Position numbers and translations under genes: made by a program. From Tubiluchus corallicola (taxonomy: Eukaryota > Animalia > Priapulida), in contig JAQGDQ010001477.1 of the NCBI GenBank assembly GCA_030141605.1, forward strand, positions 1-38,908: DNA of 38,908 nt, written 5' to 3'. Under the pieces are notes generated by a model. That model was not told where the DNA came from, did no database searches, and worked only from the letters and a program-made list of their open reading frames with translations. This document shows positions 14,236-25,677 of the stretch, piece after piece; position 1 is the stretch's first letter, and each line of letters begins with the position of its first letter.

Positions 14236-15845
14236 GAAATGCCAAAGGGAAAGTTTACCAGACAATGCATTTGTGTACACGTCACAATGCTATTATAACA
14301 ATAACAATTTCAACAGCTAGCTAGAACCTTGCCTTGTTCATTTTTCCTTGTTCGCAAGCATAGGGGTAAAACTAATGCTGTACGAGCTTCTTTCAGTGAG
14401 TGCAGTGCTAAATAGTTCTGAGACATGGTCAAATTTGGCAACTGATTGGGAGAAATTAGAAATGATTCAAGCAAATGCTTTAAAAACATTATTTAACCTT
14501 AGTGAATCAACGCCATACTGGGGATTAGTAACTGAAATAGGCATATGGCCTCTAAAACATAAAGTAAACTATAGGAGATTGATGTTCTATCGGAATTTAT
14601 TGATTAGTAAACCAAAGAGATTAGCATCAGAGATACTCGAAATGCAAATAAACAGTGTACACAAAAGGTCATGGTATAATAAAGTATTTGAGACTGCAAA
14701 AATATATACCATAGATGCTAATAAAGAAAGGGTGAAGGTCATGAAAAAGTCTGAATGGAAGAAAGAAATAAAGAATAAGATTGAATGTTGTATAAAGAGC
14801 GAATGTGCAGAAAAATGCAGGAGCAGCACTAAATTAAGATTTTTAAGGCATACCGAGTGGAAACGACAAAATTACATAGACACATGCAAGCCAGAAGAGG
14901 TTAAAGATATATTGAAAATAAGACTGAATATGATTAAAGTTAAGGGGAACTACAGGAATGTGTTTAAGGATCAGTTATTATGCCCAGTGTGTGAGGAAGA
15001 TGATGACACTACTGAACATATGCTTAGATGTTACAGATATGGAGAATGGAAAAAAATTTTGAACTCAGATGTATTAATGAACAGTGAAAAGGAAGGATTG
15101 CTAGAAATTAGAAATCTAGTGAACGAATGTGTGGAATACAGGATAAAGACAAATAAAGACATTAAACTTGGAAAAGACAAATAAAAGATCAGCGTTAAAG
15201 AAGAAGAGACTTTGCACCCTATAAAGGTGCCCGCCTCGGATAGGTGGAGAGAGTCGAGTATCGCAATCGCAATCGCAAAAGCAAACTCCTGCTAGTAAAT
15301 CACTCTACACACAGACTAATGCATAGTTAAGTAAAGTAAAACAACTGAAGTTACTGAGACCGGATGCAGCAGATGGCTTTGCTTTACAAACATCTCTCGA
15401 GGTGCCTTTTGTCTAACTACCTAATGCGCCCTGAGTTTCTGCGCCTAAGGATTACATCATCAATCTTTACTTCTGACTCAGCCGGTCTAACATCAGCTGA
15501 TCTTCACGTGATATGTCACACCTAACTGGGCTTCTAGCCAAGACAATAATTTAATCTTGCAAGTCTGTGTACTTGGCAAAGTGCAGTACCTGAACACTTC
15601 ACCCTAATAAGTCATTTCACAGTTCACAGGTGATGATCATGAAATGTCAAAGGGAAAGTTTACCAGACAATGCATTTGTGTACACGTCACAATGCTATTA
15701 TAACAATGACAATTTTAACAACTAGCTAGAACCATGCCTTGTTCATTTTGTCTTGTTCTCAAGCAAGATCCTGCTACAGGATCACTCTACACACAGGCTA
15801 ATGCATAATTAAGTAAAGTCCAGGTAAAATAACTAAAGCTACTGA
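14236..15845 (+). repeat. ~200-bp direct repeat pair; first copy (14236-14360 + 15284-15357) is split by the LINE, second copy 15641-15845 is intact
   Basis: GAAATG(C/T)CAAAGGGAAAGTTTACCAGACAATGCATTTGTGTACACGTCAC...CAAGCA|A..TCCTGCTA...ATCACTCTACACACAG aligns across both copies. Confidence 0.88.
14361..15278 (+). mobile_element. 5'-truncated non-LTR retrotransposon (post-RT C-terminal region with CCHC zinc knuckle, (ATCGCA)n tail); clade uncertain
   Basis: Frame open to 15184, including LNSSETW...LEMIQANALKTLF...TPYWGLVTEIGIWP and KIRLNMIKVKGNY...CPVCEEDDDTTEHMLRC. Short 3' UTR, (ATCGCA)3 tail at 15260-15277, AAGCA duplicated at 14356-14360 and 15279-15283. Confidence 0.88.
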
Positions 15846-16058
15846 ACTGATGTTTTGTGTTACCCACATGTCACGTGACGATTGTAGTTAAGACGTGTTG
15901 TTGTTGTACAGTTTACATTTGACCTACAGCAACTGTGCGTGCGCACAACGAAACTATGAAAAGGCTTATTATATAATTATTTTATATTCTTATGGATGAA
16001 ACTGCGTGATGATACAATATCTGAAATGAAGGTCCAATGAATGAGTTTGGACTGTCGT

Positions 16059-16585
16059 GACCACCGTAGCCTGGTGGACTAAGGCATTTGGAACGTAAGA
16101 AGAACATCCTTAGTTTAAATCCAGACTGCCTTCGAATTTTTTTATTTTTTTCCGTCTAACAAGAACATCTTTGGTTCAAGTCCAGGCTGCATTCCAAATT
16201 TTTTATTTTTTTCCGTCTAAGCACAACATGCTTGATTCAACTCCAGACTGCATTCCAAATTTTTGATATTTTTCCGTCTAAGCACAACATCCTTGGTTCA
16301 AGTCCAGGCTGCCTTCCAAATTTTTTATTTTTTTTCCGTCTAAGCAGAACATCCTTGGTTCAAGTCCAGGCTGCCTGCCAAATTTTTGATTTTTTCCGTC
16401 TAAGCAGAACATCCTTGGTTCAAGTCCAGGCTGCCTTCCAAATTTTTGATTTTTTTCCGTCTAAGCACAACATCCTTGGTTCAAGTCCAGGCTGCCTTCC
16501 AAATTTTTTATTTTTTTCCGTCTAAGCACAACATCCTTGGTTCAAGTCCAGGCTGCATTCCAAATTTTTGGCATTTTTTCCGTCT
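16059..16585 (+). repeat. tRNA-like (SINE-type) head followed by a ~61-bp tandem array, 8 copies, each with a Pol III B-box-like motif
   Basis: A-box-like TAGCCTGGTGG at 16067-16077. GGTTCAAGTCC at 16173, 16295, 16357, 16417, 16478 and 16539, with variants at 16112 and 16234. Each is followed by T-runs. Confidence 0.8.
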
Positions 16586-17119
16586 TTCAAGTTTGGTGTC
16601 AAAATTTAGTTAATTATGGGGTTATAAAATCACCTCGTCTGATAATTCAAACGGTTGTAATGACATACTGCGTTAATAAGAAAATTATTAACGTCAAAAG
16701 TGTCCATGACCCGTCAGAAGTATCTTATAAATTCATATACATTACTAGTACAACAATTAGGATCCTGCCGAGATGCATGATTTCGTTCAGTAATACTTAC
16801 TATGGCACGTTGAAACCAGCTCTGGGTAACCATGATTAAAGGAAAAGAAATCAGACTTTTGAGTATATACCAAAAAATCCGTACAAACTTATATTACTTA
16901 GCATTAAATGGACCTGCTTGAAAGACTCATGCAGTTGGAAGATAAAATTGTTATTAATTTAAAATGTTTTCGCCAACTGGGTAAAACGTCACTGTGTCAC
17001 CTTCCCAGTGTGCCACACTGGCTCACCAAAGCGCATTACTAATCTTATTGGCAATATAAGGTAATTTGTGCTTTTGCTCGAACCGGGCTTGTAAAATATG
17101 TTCTACGAGTGCTTTACTT

Positions 17120-17995
17120 TTCAAACTTTACACAATGTTATCTTGTTGAACTTATTTCAAACATTTTCCTATTAAAATGGCTGCACTTAGCTGTCATCGC
17201 TGAAATTTAACTTTACAGGTTTTACACAGCGTTACTGCTAACGCAAGCCCTGTATGCAAGAAGACAAAATTTTCAAACTACGCAATGTTATTTTCTTGAG
17301 CTTGTTTCAAACTATTTCCTATTAAAATGGCTGCACTTAACGGTCATTGCTGAAATTTAACTTTACAGGTTTTACACAGCGTTACTGCTAACGCAAGCCC
17401 TGTATGCAAGAAGACAAAATTTTCAAACTACGCAATGTTATTTTCTTGAGCTTGTTTCAAACTATTTCCTATTAAAATGGCTGCACTTAACGGTCATTGC
17501 TGAAGTTTAAATTTACAGGTTTTACACAGCGTTACTGCTAACGCAAGCCCTGTATGCAAGAAGACAAAATTTTCAAACTACGCAATGTTATCTTGTTGAA
17601 CTTGTTTCAAACTATTTCCTATTAAAATGGCTGCACTTAACGGTCATCGCTGAAGTTTAAATTTACAGGTTTTACACAGCGTTACTGCTAACGCAAGCCC
17701 TGTATGCAAGAAGACAAAATTTTCAAACTACGCAATGTTATTTTTTGAGCTTGTTTCAAACTATTTCCTATTAAAATGGCTGCATTACGGTCATGCTGAA
17801 GTTTAAATTTACAGTTTTACAGCGTTACTGCTAACGCAAGCCCTGTATGCAAGAAGCAAAATTTTCAAACTACCAATGTTATTTTTGACTTGTTTCAAAC
17901 TATTTCCTATTAAAATGGCTGCACTTAACGGTCATGCTACAGTTTTACACAGCGTTACTGCTAACGCAAGCCCTGTATGCAAGAAGACAAAATTT
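17120..17995. repeat. 150-bp tandem repeat, ~6 copies
   Basis: ATTAAAATGGCTGCA at 17171, 17321, 17471, 17621, ~17770 and ~17909; the last two copies carry many small deletions. Confidence 0.95.
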
Positions 17996-18787
17996 GTTAA
18001 ACGTTGAAAACGAAAATTTGAAGCTTTGTTTATGAGATTCAACGTTCTAGAATATCAGTGTGAAAGTCCAGCCTCATAACCCGCCTTGACCTAACTGCCC
18101 CACATCTTTGGCCATCATTAATAGAACCAATAATTACAGAGAAATTAAAGTCATAATCCGTTTCTGATGGTTCTTAAAGATAAGTTTCATCACAGCTCGC
18201 CCGGCGTTGTTTCTTTCACGTCTTCTACGGTTACTCAAAAGGGACAACACAGAAATCTCTTTGGAGTTGCACTTTGGAGGAGCAATAATTTGGAAAGTGG
18301 GTCATCCAGTTCTGTACGCGATAATCATTGAAATGCCAATTGCCTTATTTGTCCAGAATAGCTCGAGTTGGCGGATGCAATGATTAGAATTCAAGGTCGC
18401 TATTATAATCTTCTGTTTTGTTATGATGATAATAAATTCACTGGGAATAGGGAATATCTCATGCGAAATAGACTCGCTTTTCAATACAGAATTTTTGTCC
18501 ATTTTTGTAAAGCGATTTTTAATCAATCGGCCATTATTCGTGTCAAGGGATTGTGTTAGTTGTACATTATACAACTATAGAGCTTTATCATTGCGTTCAT
18601 GAACAAAGTTTAGTTTCTGTTCTTATGCATGTCAATAGCACACTAATAATTTATCCACCTGCGTAATAATTGCATAGTCTGCTTGTCTGTCTGTCTATCT
18701 ATCCGGAGCAGATTAATTTGAAAGATATTACACACAGTGTTCATTATCTTTACTTGAAATTCATGCTCACTGTTACACGACACGGGA

Positions 18788-18823
<36 letters not shown>
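18788..18823. repeat. (GAT)n microsatellite
   Basis: Directly visible. Confidence 0.95.
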
Positions 18824-19104
18824 AGAGTTATATCAAGAACCATTGCTGTGACAAGAGGGCAGTCAGTGACAGAAAGTTGAAATAAATTTATGACGTTTTA
18901 TTATTCTGGGGTGGAGTTACTTCATCTGTATTGCATGTTTGTCGGTTTTATGGACTTGTGATGTTTCATAATAATCGTTCTTCAAATAGAATGTAAAATG
19001 GATAAGCCTGTTTGGCTATATTTGGTATTAGTAAAACATAAAAACGTTTTATCATTGTCCATAATCGACCAAATCTAGTCTAACTCGTAGGCGACAAAAA
19101 TAAC

Positions 19105-19350
19105 GTGGTGTTGTGTAATGCCGTGTCGTGCTGTGTTGCATTGTGCCGTGTTGTGCTGTGTTGTGTAATGCCGTGTTGTGCTGTATTGCGTTGCGCCGTG
19201 TTGTGCTGTGTTGTGTAATGCCGTGCTGTGCTGTGTTGTATTGTGCTGTGCTTTGTCATGTTATGTTGTTTTGTGTTGTGTTAAGCAGTTTATATGACAG
19301 TGGGTTACATTCGGTCTGTGTTACGGTACATTACGTTATGTTACGTTAGG
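19105..19350. repeat. degenerate pentanucleotide repeat (GTGTT/GTGCT)n
   Basis: Directly visible; explains the Cys-rich ORF 19128..19349. Confidence 0.88.
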
Positions 19351-19493
19351 CTGCATTATGTTGCACGTTGAAGTCTGTCACATGATGTACAGCATTTGTT
19401 ATATCGCGTAGGTTAATTTTGTTTTTCATTTGTTTTAGTATTCTTTATCTCTTTGCAATCTTGAATCTAGCACACTCAATGGTTGGCTCTTAC

Positions 19494-19738
19494 TTAACGT
19501 AGGTGCTTATGGCGAGACGGGTATCTAGCACATCATACATCAAGTACAATCCTCGAAGATAAGATACAGCCAGAGTGCTCTTAGCTTCTTCTGGATGTTT
19601 ATACTCCTCCCTCCAGGAAGCGAGGTCACCCAGAAACAGTTTTCTCAACACAGTCACCCACCAATTTATTGAGTAAGCATACCGTTGTTTAACTTCGTAG
19701 TCAAGCACACACTGTGACCATTCAGCTAATAATCCGCC
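19494..19738 (-). CDS. candidate internal coding exon of an unidentified minus-strand gene
   Basis: Bounded by TATATGCAG acceptor and GTAAGA donor; 245 bp with only one open frame (GGLLAEWSQCVLDYEVKQRYAYSINWWVTVLRKLFLGDLASWREEYKHPEE...ISTYV). No family recognised and no firm partner exons. Confidence 0.35.
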
Positions 19739-20809
19739 CTGCATATAACACTAGTTACAGTACAGGTGTATCATGCTACAATTCACATTGCATTCATTCT
19801 TATAAACTTAATAATTGTTTTGAATGCATTGCAATGCTTTAAATTGCATTGCATTGTACTGCCCTACATTGTATTGCGCATTGAGTTGTATTTTGTAAGG
19901 GACGCTTAACAATGACGGCATTGTTACATTTTGTTAAATTTTGTCATTTTATCTAGGATTTTTACGTTTTTGAAACGTTGGAATTTTTTTACGGTACTGA
20001 TAGTTAAAAGCACGAGATGGTCAAGTGCATATCTAGAGTAGCAAGTCCAGTGGAAACGTTGACCCTTGTCCTTCACAGCTGTAAACCTTCAACCCCACCT
20101 TGTCACAGCTTTGCAACACCTGTGATTTAATTAAGATGGCTGAAGCAGTTGAGTTTTGTCTGAATGTAAATATTTGCTGGACGCTTGACACTTGACATTC
20201 GTAAACAGCGCGTAACTGTTTGGCCAATGTCCACTTCTGATAAGTGGACTTTACCTTTAGACCGCCAATATGTCAGCTACTGTGAACACGTACAGTAGTG
20301 TTAACTAGGTTTTATGCCTTTACAAAGGTTACTGCTATAAATAAGGACTTTCACTGGCTTTATTGTATTTCTGTGTTGATTTCATGTAAGAAAAAAAGTT
20401 ACACACTACAAACAGTTATGAAACTAAAAATTTATCTTTCATTTTCCTATTGTAATAGGATATTAGCAAACTTAACCTACCTCTGTTATGTGCCAGTCTC
20501 TGTTAATGTTACTGTCTAGAATACACAAAGCGGTTGCGATTCATGAGCAAAAAAGTCATTAATACTAGCTTCTAAATCAATTATTTTATGGGTTTACTGT
20601 TTACAAGTGTACTTTATTTATTTATTATATATACATTAAGTGTATAAAGCTACAATTTATTGGAATGTCACTGTAGTAGCTACGCAATTTTTCACAAAAT
20701 TATAGCAAGTCATAATTTTCGAAGGAGTTTAGTTGGTTGTGATGAAATTCGCATAGTATTTCAGACACAGATTTGCTTTCTTACACGATTTACTTTACGT
20801 GAGTGATTA

Positions 20810-21490
20810 CCACGCATTACTCGTGCTAAATAAATATTATTCATCTATATTTGCAACCTCTCTACATAATAATCCTCTATATTTTCAACCTTTTTGGATA
20901 TTGCTTGTCTTAAATAAATGAGTATGTTACTCACCTATATTTTCAACACTTCTACATGTTACTCATGTTAAATAAATTAATATATTACTCATCTATATTT
21001 GCAGTCTTTCTGTAGTTTATTAGTGGTAAAAATGAGTGTTACTCATCTATATTTTCAACACTTCTATATGTTATTCATGTTAAATAAATTAATATATTAC
21101 TTATGTATATTTGCAATCTTTCTGCATTTTATTAGTGGTAAAAAATGAGTGTTACTCATCTATATTTGCAACCCTTTTACTTTTACATGTTACTGGTGTT
21201 AAATAAATGAATAAATTACTCATTTATATTTGCAATATTTCTGCATATTACTCGCATTAAATAAAATTTATTGAATATGTTACTCATCTGTATTTGCAAC
21301 CCTTTTGCATATTACTTGCGTTAAATAAAATTTATTGAATATATTACTCATGTGTATTTGCAACCCCTTTGTATATTACTCGGGTTAAATAAAATTTATT
21401 GAATATATTACTCATCTGTATTTGCAACCCTTTTGCATATTACTTGCTTTAAGTGTTAAATAAGTGAATGCATTGCTCGTCTATATTTGT
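20810..21490. repeat. degenerate AT-rich tandem repeat (~55-67 bp)
   Basis: Recurrent TTACTCATCT(A/G)TATTTGCAACC...TTAAATAAA motif, about 10 copies. Confidence 0.85.
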
Positions 21491-21825
21491 AAATGACCTA
21501 TATTATAAATTCCATGTTATATTATAAATTACTATATGTTAAACATCTGATTAAATTACTCTTTGACACGTGCAGCCCGTCTATATATTACTTGTGTTGT
21601 TTCTTCTACATCGATTTCTTCTTCTTTCTTTTCTCTCTCTTCTTCTTGCTTTCTGAGAACACAACCTAGCGTATGTAGCGTAAGGATTTCTCTTTTTTGG
21701 GCTGATGCTTCTTTGTAAGAACGTAAAGATTCCTAATATATTAAACCTCTTTTCTATTTAGCTCTAGCATCTTGTTGAGAATAAATCTAAAATTTTCTCT
21801 CTAACTACCAGCAGTGAATCTAATG

Positions 21826-22188
21826 TAGGCCAAATTCCCACCAGTTAAAGTACGCCCTGGCGAACGAACCACCAGAGAAAGGACCATCGGTCAAAGTACA
21901 CCCGGTGAACGAACCACCAGAGAAAGGACCATCGGTCAAAGTACACCCGGTGAACGAACCACCAGAGAAAGGACTACCATTCAAAGATTCATTTAAGAAA
22001 CAGGACAGAACTGCCAAAATGAGTCAAAGTGCGCATGCGCAGGTGATTCATTAACCGATGGGTCCCTGTCCACCGTTTTGCCGTGTAGCACTTTGGCACA
22101 GAACAAATATGTCAGACTGAAGGTTTTTCTTTGACCGGTGGTCTCTTGTCTTGTGGTCCTAGCTCTGACCGTTCACCGATATTACCTA
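21826..22188. mobile_element. probable non-autonomous DNA transposon with subterminal 45-bp tandem repeats
   Basis: GAACGAACCACCAGAGAAAGGACCATCGGTCAAAGTACACCCGGT about 2.5 times at the left; inversely oriented related motifs (TTTGACCGGTGGTC, TGTGGTCC) at the right; ends TAGG...CCTA. The tandem repeat is certain, the element limits are inferred. Confidence 0.5.
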
Positions 22189-23312
22189 TAATAAAAATTA
22201 ACAAAACAAACTATTAATGTGAATTGAGTTAGTCGCTTTCTTTTTTTACAAAGTGTGAGTGCAGTAGAGTTGCGTCATAAATGCGCGCTGGTTTACGTAG
22301 TGCGTGATTATTTCACATGTGTGACAGAAAGGATTAATTATGAAACCTGAACTAGAACCAGTTGCTCCCATGATCTCTATTTCCTGTTGTTTAATCTAAT
22401 TTCGCTTGTCAGCTTAGTCGAGTGAAGAGCGGGTGAGAAAGATAATATACCCCCCGTAGAGGGGGAGACAAACAGGAACTGGGGGTTGGGCCTGCAAGAC
22501 AACCAAAGTCCCTACAGCTCCCGTGATATCTACATCTTATCTGTCATGTCAATGTTAGTGGTGAATTCAACAGATTCATTTTTCACCGTCAGCAGCTCTT
22601 TGTAAAACTTCCCGAGTTTTGGGAACGCTCCTAGTTCCAGTTCCCATTTCCTGGCAAGAAAAGGAACTGATTCAACTAGTTCCTCTGACTTTAGGAATGC
22701 AACTACACCCATTTTTCAGTTTCTTTGCACCAAAAAGAAAGCAATTATGTTATTTACTTCATTTTTTCTGTACATTATCCACGGAATTGTGTATCTTAAA
22801 CGCCTTTTATTCTCAACGACAAAATTTTTTGTTTTTTTAGAGAGAGGAAAAAACTGCCACAAAAATTTATGTAAGTTTTAAGCTTATGAAGCAAGGAGCT
22901 CTAATATGATTTTAATTGCAAGTTCCATTGTAAGAAAGTGAATTCAAAATCATTGCTTTAATAACATTCTAAAAATAGCGTTTCATTTTGATGTAACAAA
23001 CCAGCTACACTTCCAAATTTCTGGAAGTTGCAGATATGTTTTTCCACGAACTGCCCTCGTCCGTTTTGAATTATATGTATATATTGTATATAGTCGATTA
23101 TAATTGCGCGTAATATTATAATGTATATTTTGTTTTAAATTTTTGGCGCAGTAGTTTTTAGTTTGCACTGGACGCATTTGCCTTTAACAGTTGCGTGAAT
23201 TTTATTCTCATGCTGCGATGTTCTTTTATGCTTTTATAGTTATGAATATCGATTTTTTATGGCAAATAAAGATTATATATATAAGCTTTTAGGCGGCAGT
23301 GCTACCTTTGGG

Positions 23313-23674
23313 CAGGGCCTATTTCAGCCTAGGCGAGGCCCGGGGAAGTGGGCCGTGTGAGGCCCCATCGGGGGGGGCACTACCATGGTTGGCGCCCAGA
23401 AAATTTTTGAACTGCTGGAACGCCGGAGAAGCATTTTCGAAGAGAAAATATGGAGTTATACAATTGTTAAAGGAAAGAACAATTGAAAGAAAAACTGCTT
23501 TATTCTTAAGACCAGTCCTTAATACTTGTCAATACTGGCAAACAGCGCGCGTACGGCAAGAGAGAGAGGGGAGGCAGTATGTTCGCACAAAAAAATGTTA
23601 CCTTGGCGCGAGGCCCTCCTGGAGGGTGAGGCCCCGGGGAAGTATCCCCACTTCCCCCCTTGAAATAGGCCCCC
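23313..23674. mobile_element. hAT-type MITE
   Basis: TIRs CAGGGCCTATTTCA / TGAAATAGGCCC; 8-bp TSD CCTTTGGG at 23305-23312 and 23675-23682; empty-site paralogue at about 23758-23820. Confidence 0.9.
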
Positions 23675-25538
23675 CCTTTGGGTGCTAACAGTTCTCTTGT
23701 ACTGGGTGAACAATAAACTTGTAACAGTAATACCTGAACTCCATAAGAAGCGTTTAAGCGGCAGTGATACCTTGGGGCGCTAACAGACCTCTTGTACTGG
23801 GTGAACAATAAACTTGTAACCATTGAAGTATAATACATTATTGTTTATCTACAAATTACTCTTTTGTGTGACTGGATCTTGAGTACTCCAGCAAGAGAAG
23901 GCAAAAACCCTCCAGCAAACATGTTGAGAGTTGACTGCAGTGTTTAGGCTGAAAAGCAGAGCAGTGAACACGGTGCCGTTTCAGTGTCTGTTCCGTCAAC
24001 AGGCAACGGCAATCCGTTGGCAAATTACTATGCGGCATTTGCAAAAATTCTCGAGAAAATCATATCTCATACATATAAATATATCAGCAGAATAAGTACA
24101 AATCAGTAGCACCCGCTTGTATATAGAGATATGATTTAAATGATTTCAAAAATCATTTTTAATTCCACATTGTAAATGTATTTTCAATCTTGCAATTGCT
24201 CTGATAAGTTATAATTATGATTATGGTATTTTGGTTTGATATAGGAGTCGTGAATTTAAGATAACATTCATATTTTACATTCCTGGCCACAGTCCTAGTA
24301 TATTTTACCTACGAAGCTACAGAACACCCTTCTTACCTGCATTTACACCTGTTTAACTTTACTAGACGAAATTTAAGTAATTTCCGTTCTTAGCTATTCT
24401 TGCGTAATTAGGGCTGCCTAATTTGATTGATTGTGAGAGTCTGCCAGGTCTGCTCTCGTGAAATACGCCTACTTACTTGACCCAACCGACCTTGGCGTAA
24501 TGGTCAGCGTAATTATGTAATGATTGTGCCAGTTCACCACCGTAAAGAATGGCTAAAATTTTCTTATTGGCAGACTTGCCGGAAACAGTGTGTTATTTGT
24601 TGGCAAACAGTTTAAAGATGTTGCCATGGCTGAGTCTAATATGCAGCTCTATGCCAGTAGGACAAGATAGGATGGCCCGGCGTTACTTGCTTTGTGTGAA
24701 AATGGATGTGTTTGATTCTGGGTCCTGTAGGGCGTGGGTAGAGGGCCTGTAAGTGTATTGAAAAGACTACAGGCTGTAACAACGTAGAACTTACCTGTAA
24801 GCCAAACTTTCTAATGCGCGAAGTGTTCCGCATAATACAAAAAATTTCATACATTGTAATTATAATGTAACGGAATTCAATGTGGCGCCATCTTTTGAAA
24901 ATACAGATAATTATGAAAAATAATACTGCACACTTTTCACGTGTAGGAATTTATAAATCTTCACTTTTGCACTTTTACATCACTAGGCAGCAGGGTTGTT
25001 CCTGCTTTCTGATTTACTTTCAACCGGGATGTTCAAATTGGCTGGTTTATCAGTTCGATTTAAATAGAAATTTACCCAGTTATAGCCCTGCAAAGAAGGG
25101 ATTTCTGGTGGACAAGTGACGACTCACTTTATGGGGTTAAAACAATTTTCAAGATTTCAATCGTTTTATTTTTTCCGAACTGCCAGGTTCTGGTCAATTT
25201 GTCCCCAATTCTGTGTAAGTTAGGTCTTTAATGGCAACTTTGGGCAAATTTTACCAACATAAAAATAAAGGCGCCCGTTGGGATGTAATCATTTCCTGAA
25301 CGAGTGTTTTTGTTCTTATGCGTCAATTGATCTGACTTCCAAGTAGGTCAGTGGCATTTCTTTTTTCACCAGATAGTCCGAATGAATGTTGTACTTAAGC
25401 TCACACCTCAATAGTTTGTTGTAATAAATAAGATGCACATGGGAATTATAGCAGTTATAATTACATAGGAATAATTGTATCAAACAAAAATGATTTTTTC
25501 AGGTTTGTGATTTGAGAATCTGAACTAATTCAGAGACG

Positions 25539-25677
25539 ATGAAGCAATTCTCAACTGTGATAATACTGGTGCTGACATCTGTTTTTGGATTCTCTGTCTA
25601 TGTTTCAGCACAGCAGCTAGAACTATCCAATGAAAACGAGATTCGTAATTTACAGGTTTTAGAGAATGCAACTGTAG
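25539..25677 (+). CDS. cadherin-related protein, coding exon 1 (signal peptide + start of EC1)
   Basis: Acceptor TTTTTTCAG ending 25502; ATG 25539; MKQFSTVIILVLTSVFGFSVYVSA-QQLELSNENEIRNLQVLENATV; GTAAGT donor, phase 1. Confidence 0.85.

Noticed and set aside
18050-18574. Possible decayed coding sequence
   Set aside because: The frames I translated are interrupted by stops and show no recognisable motif.
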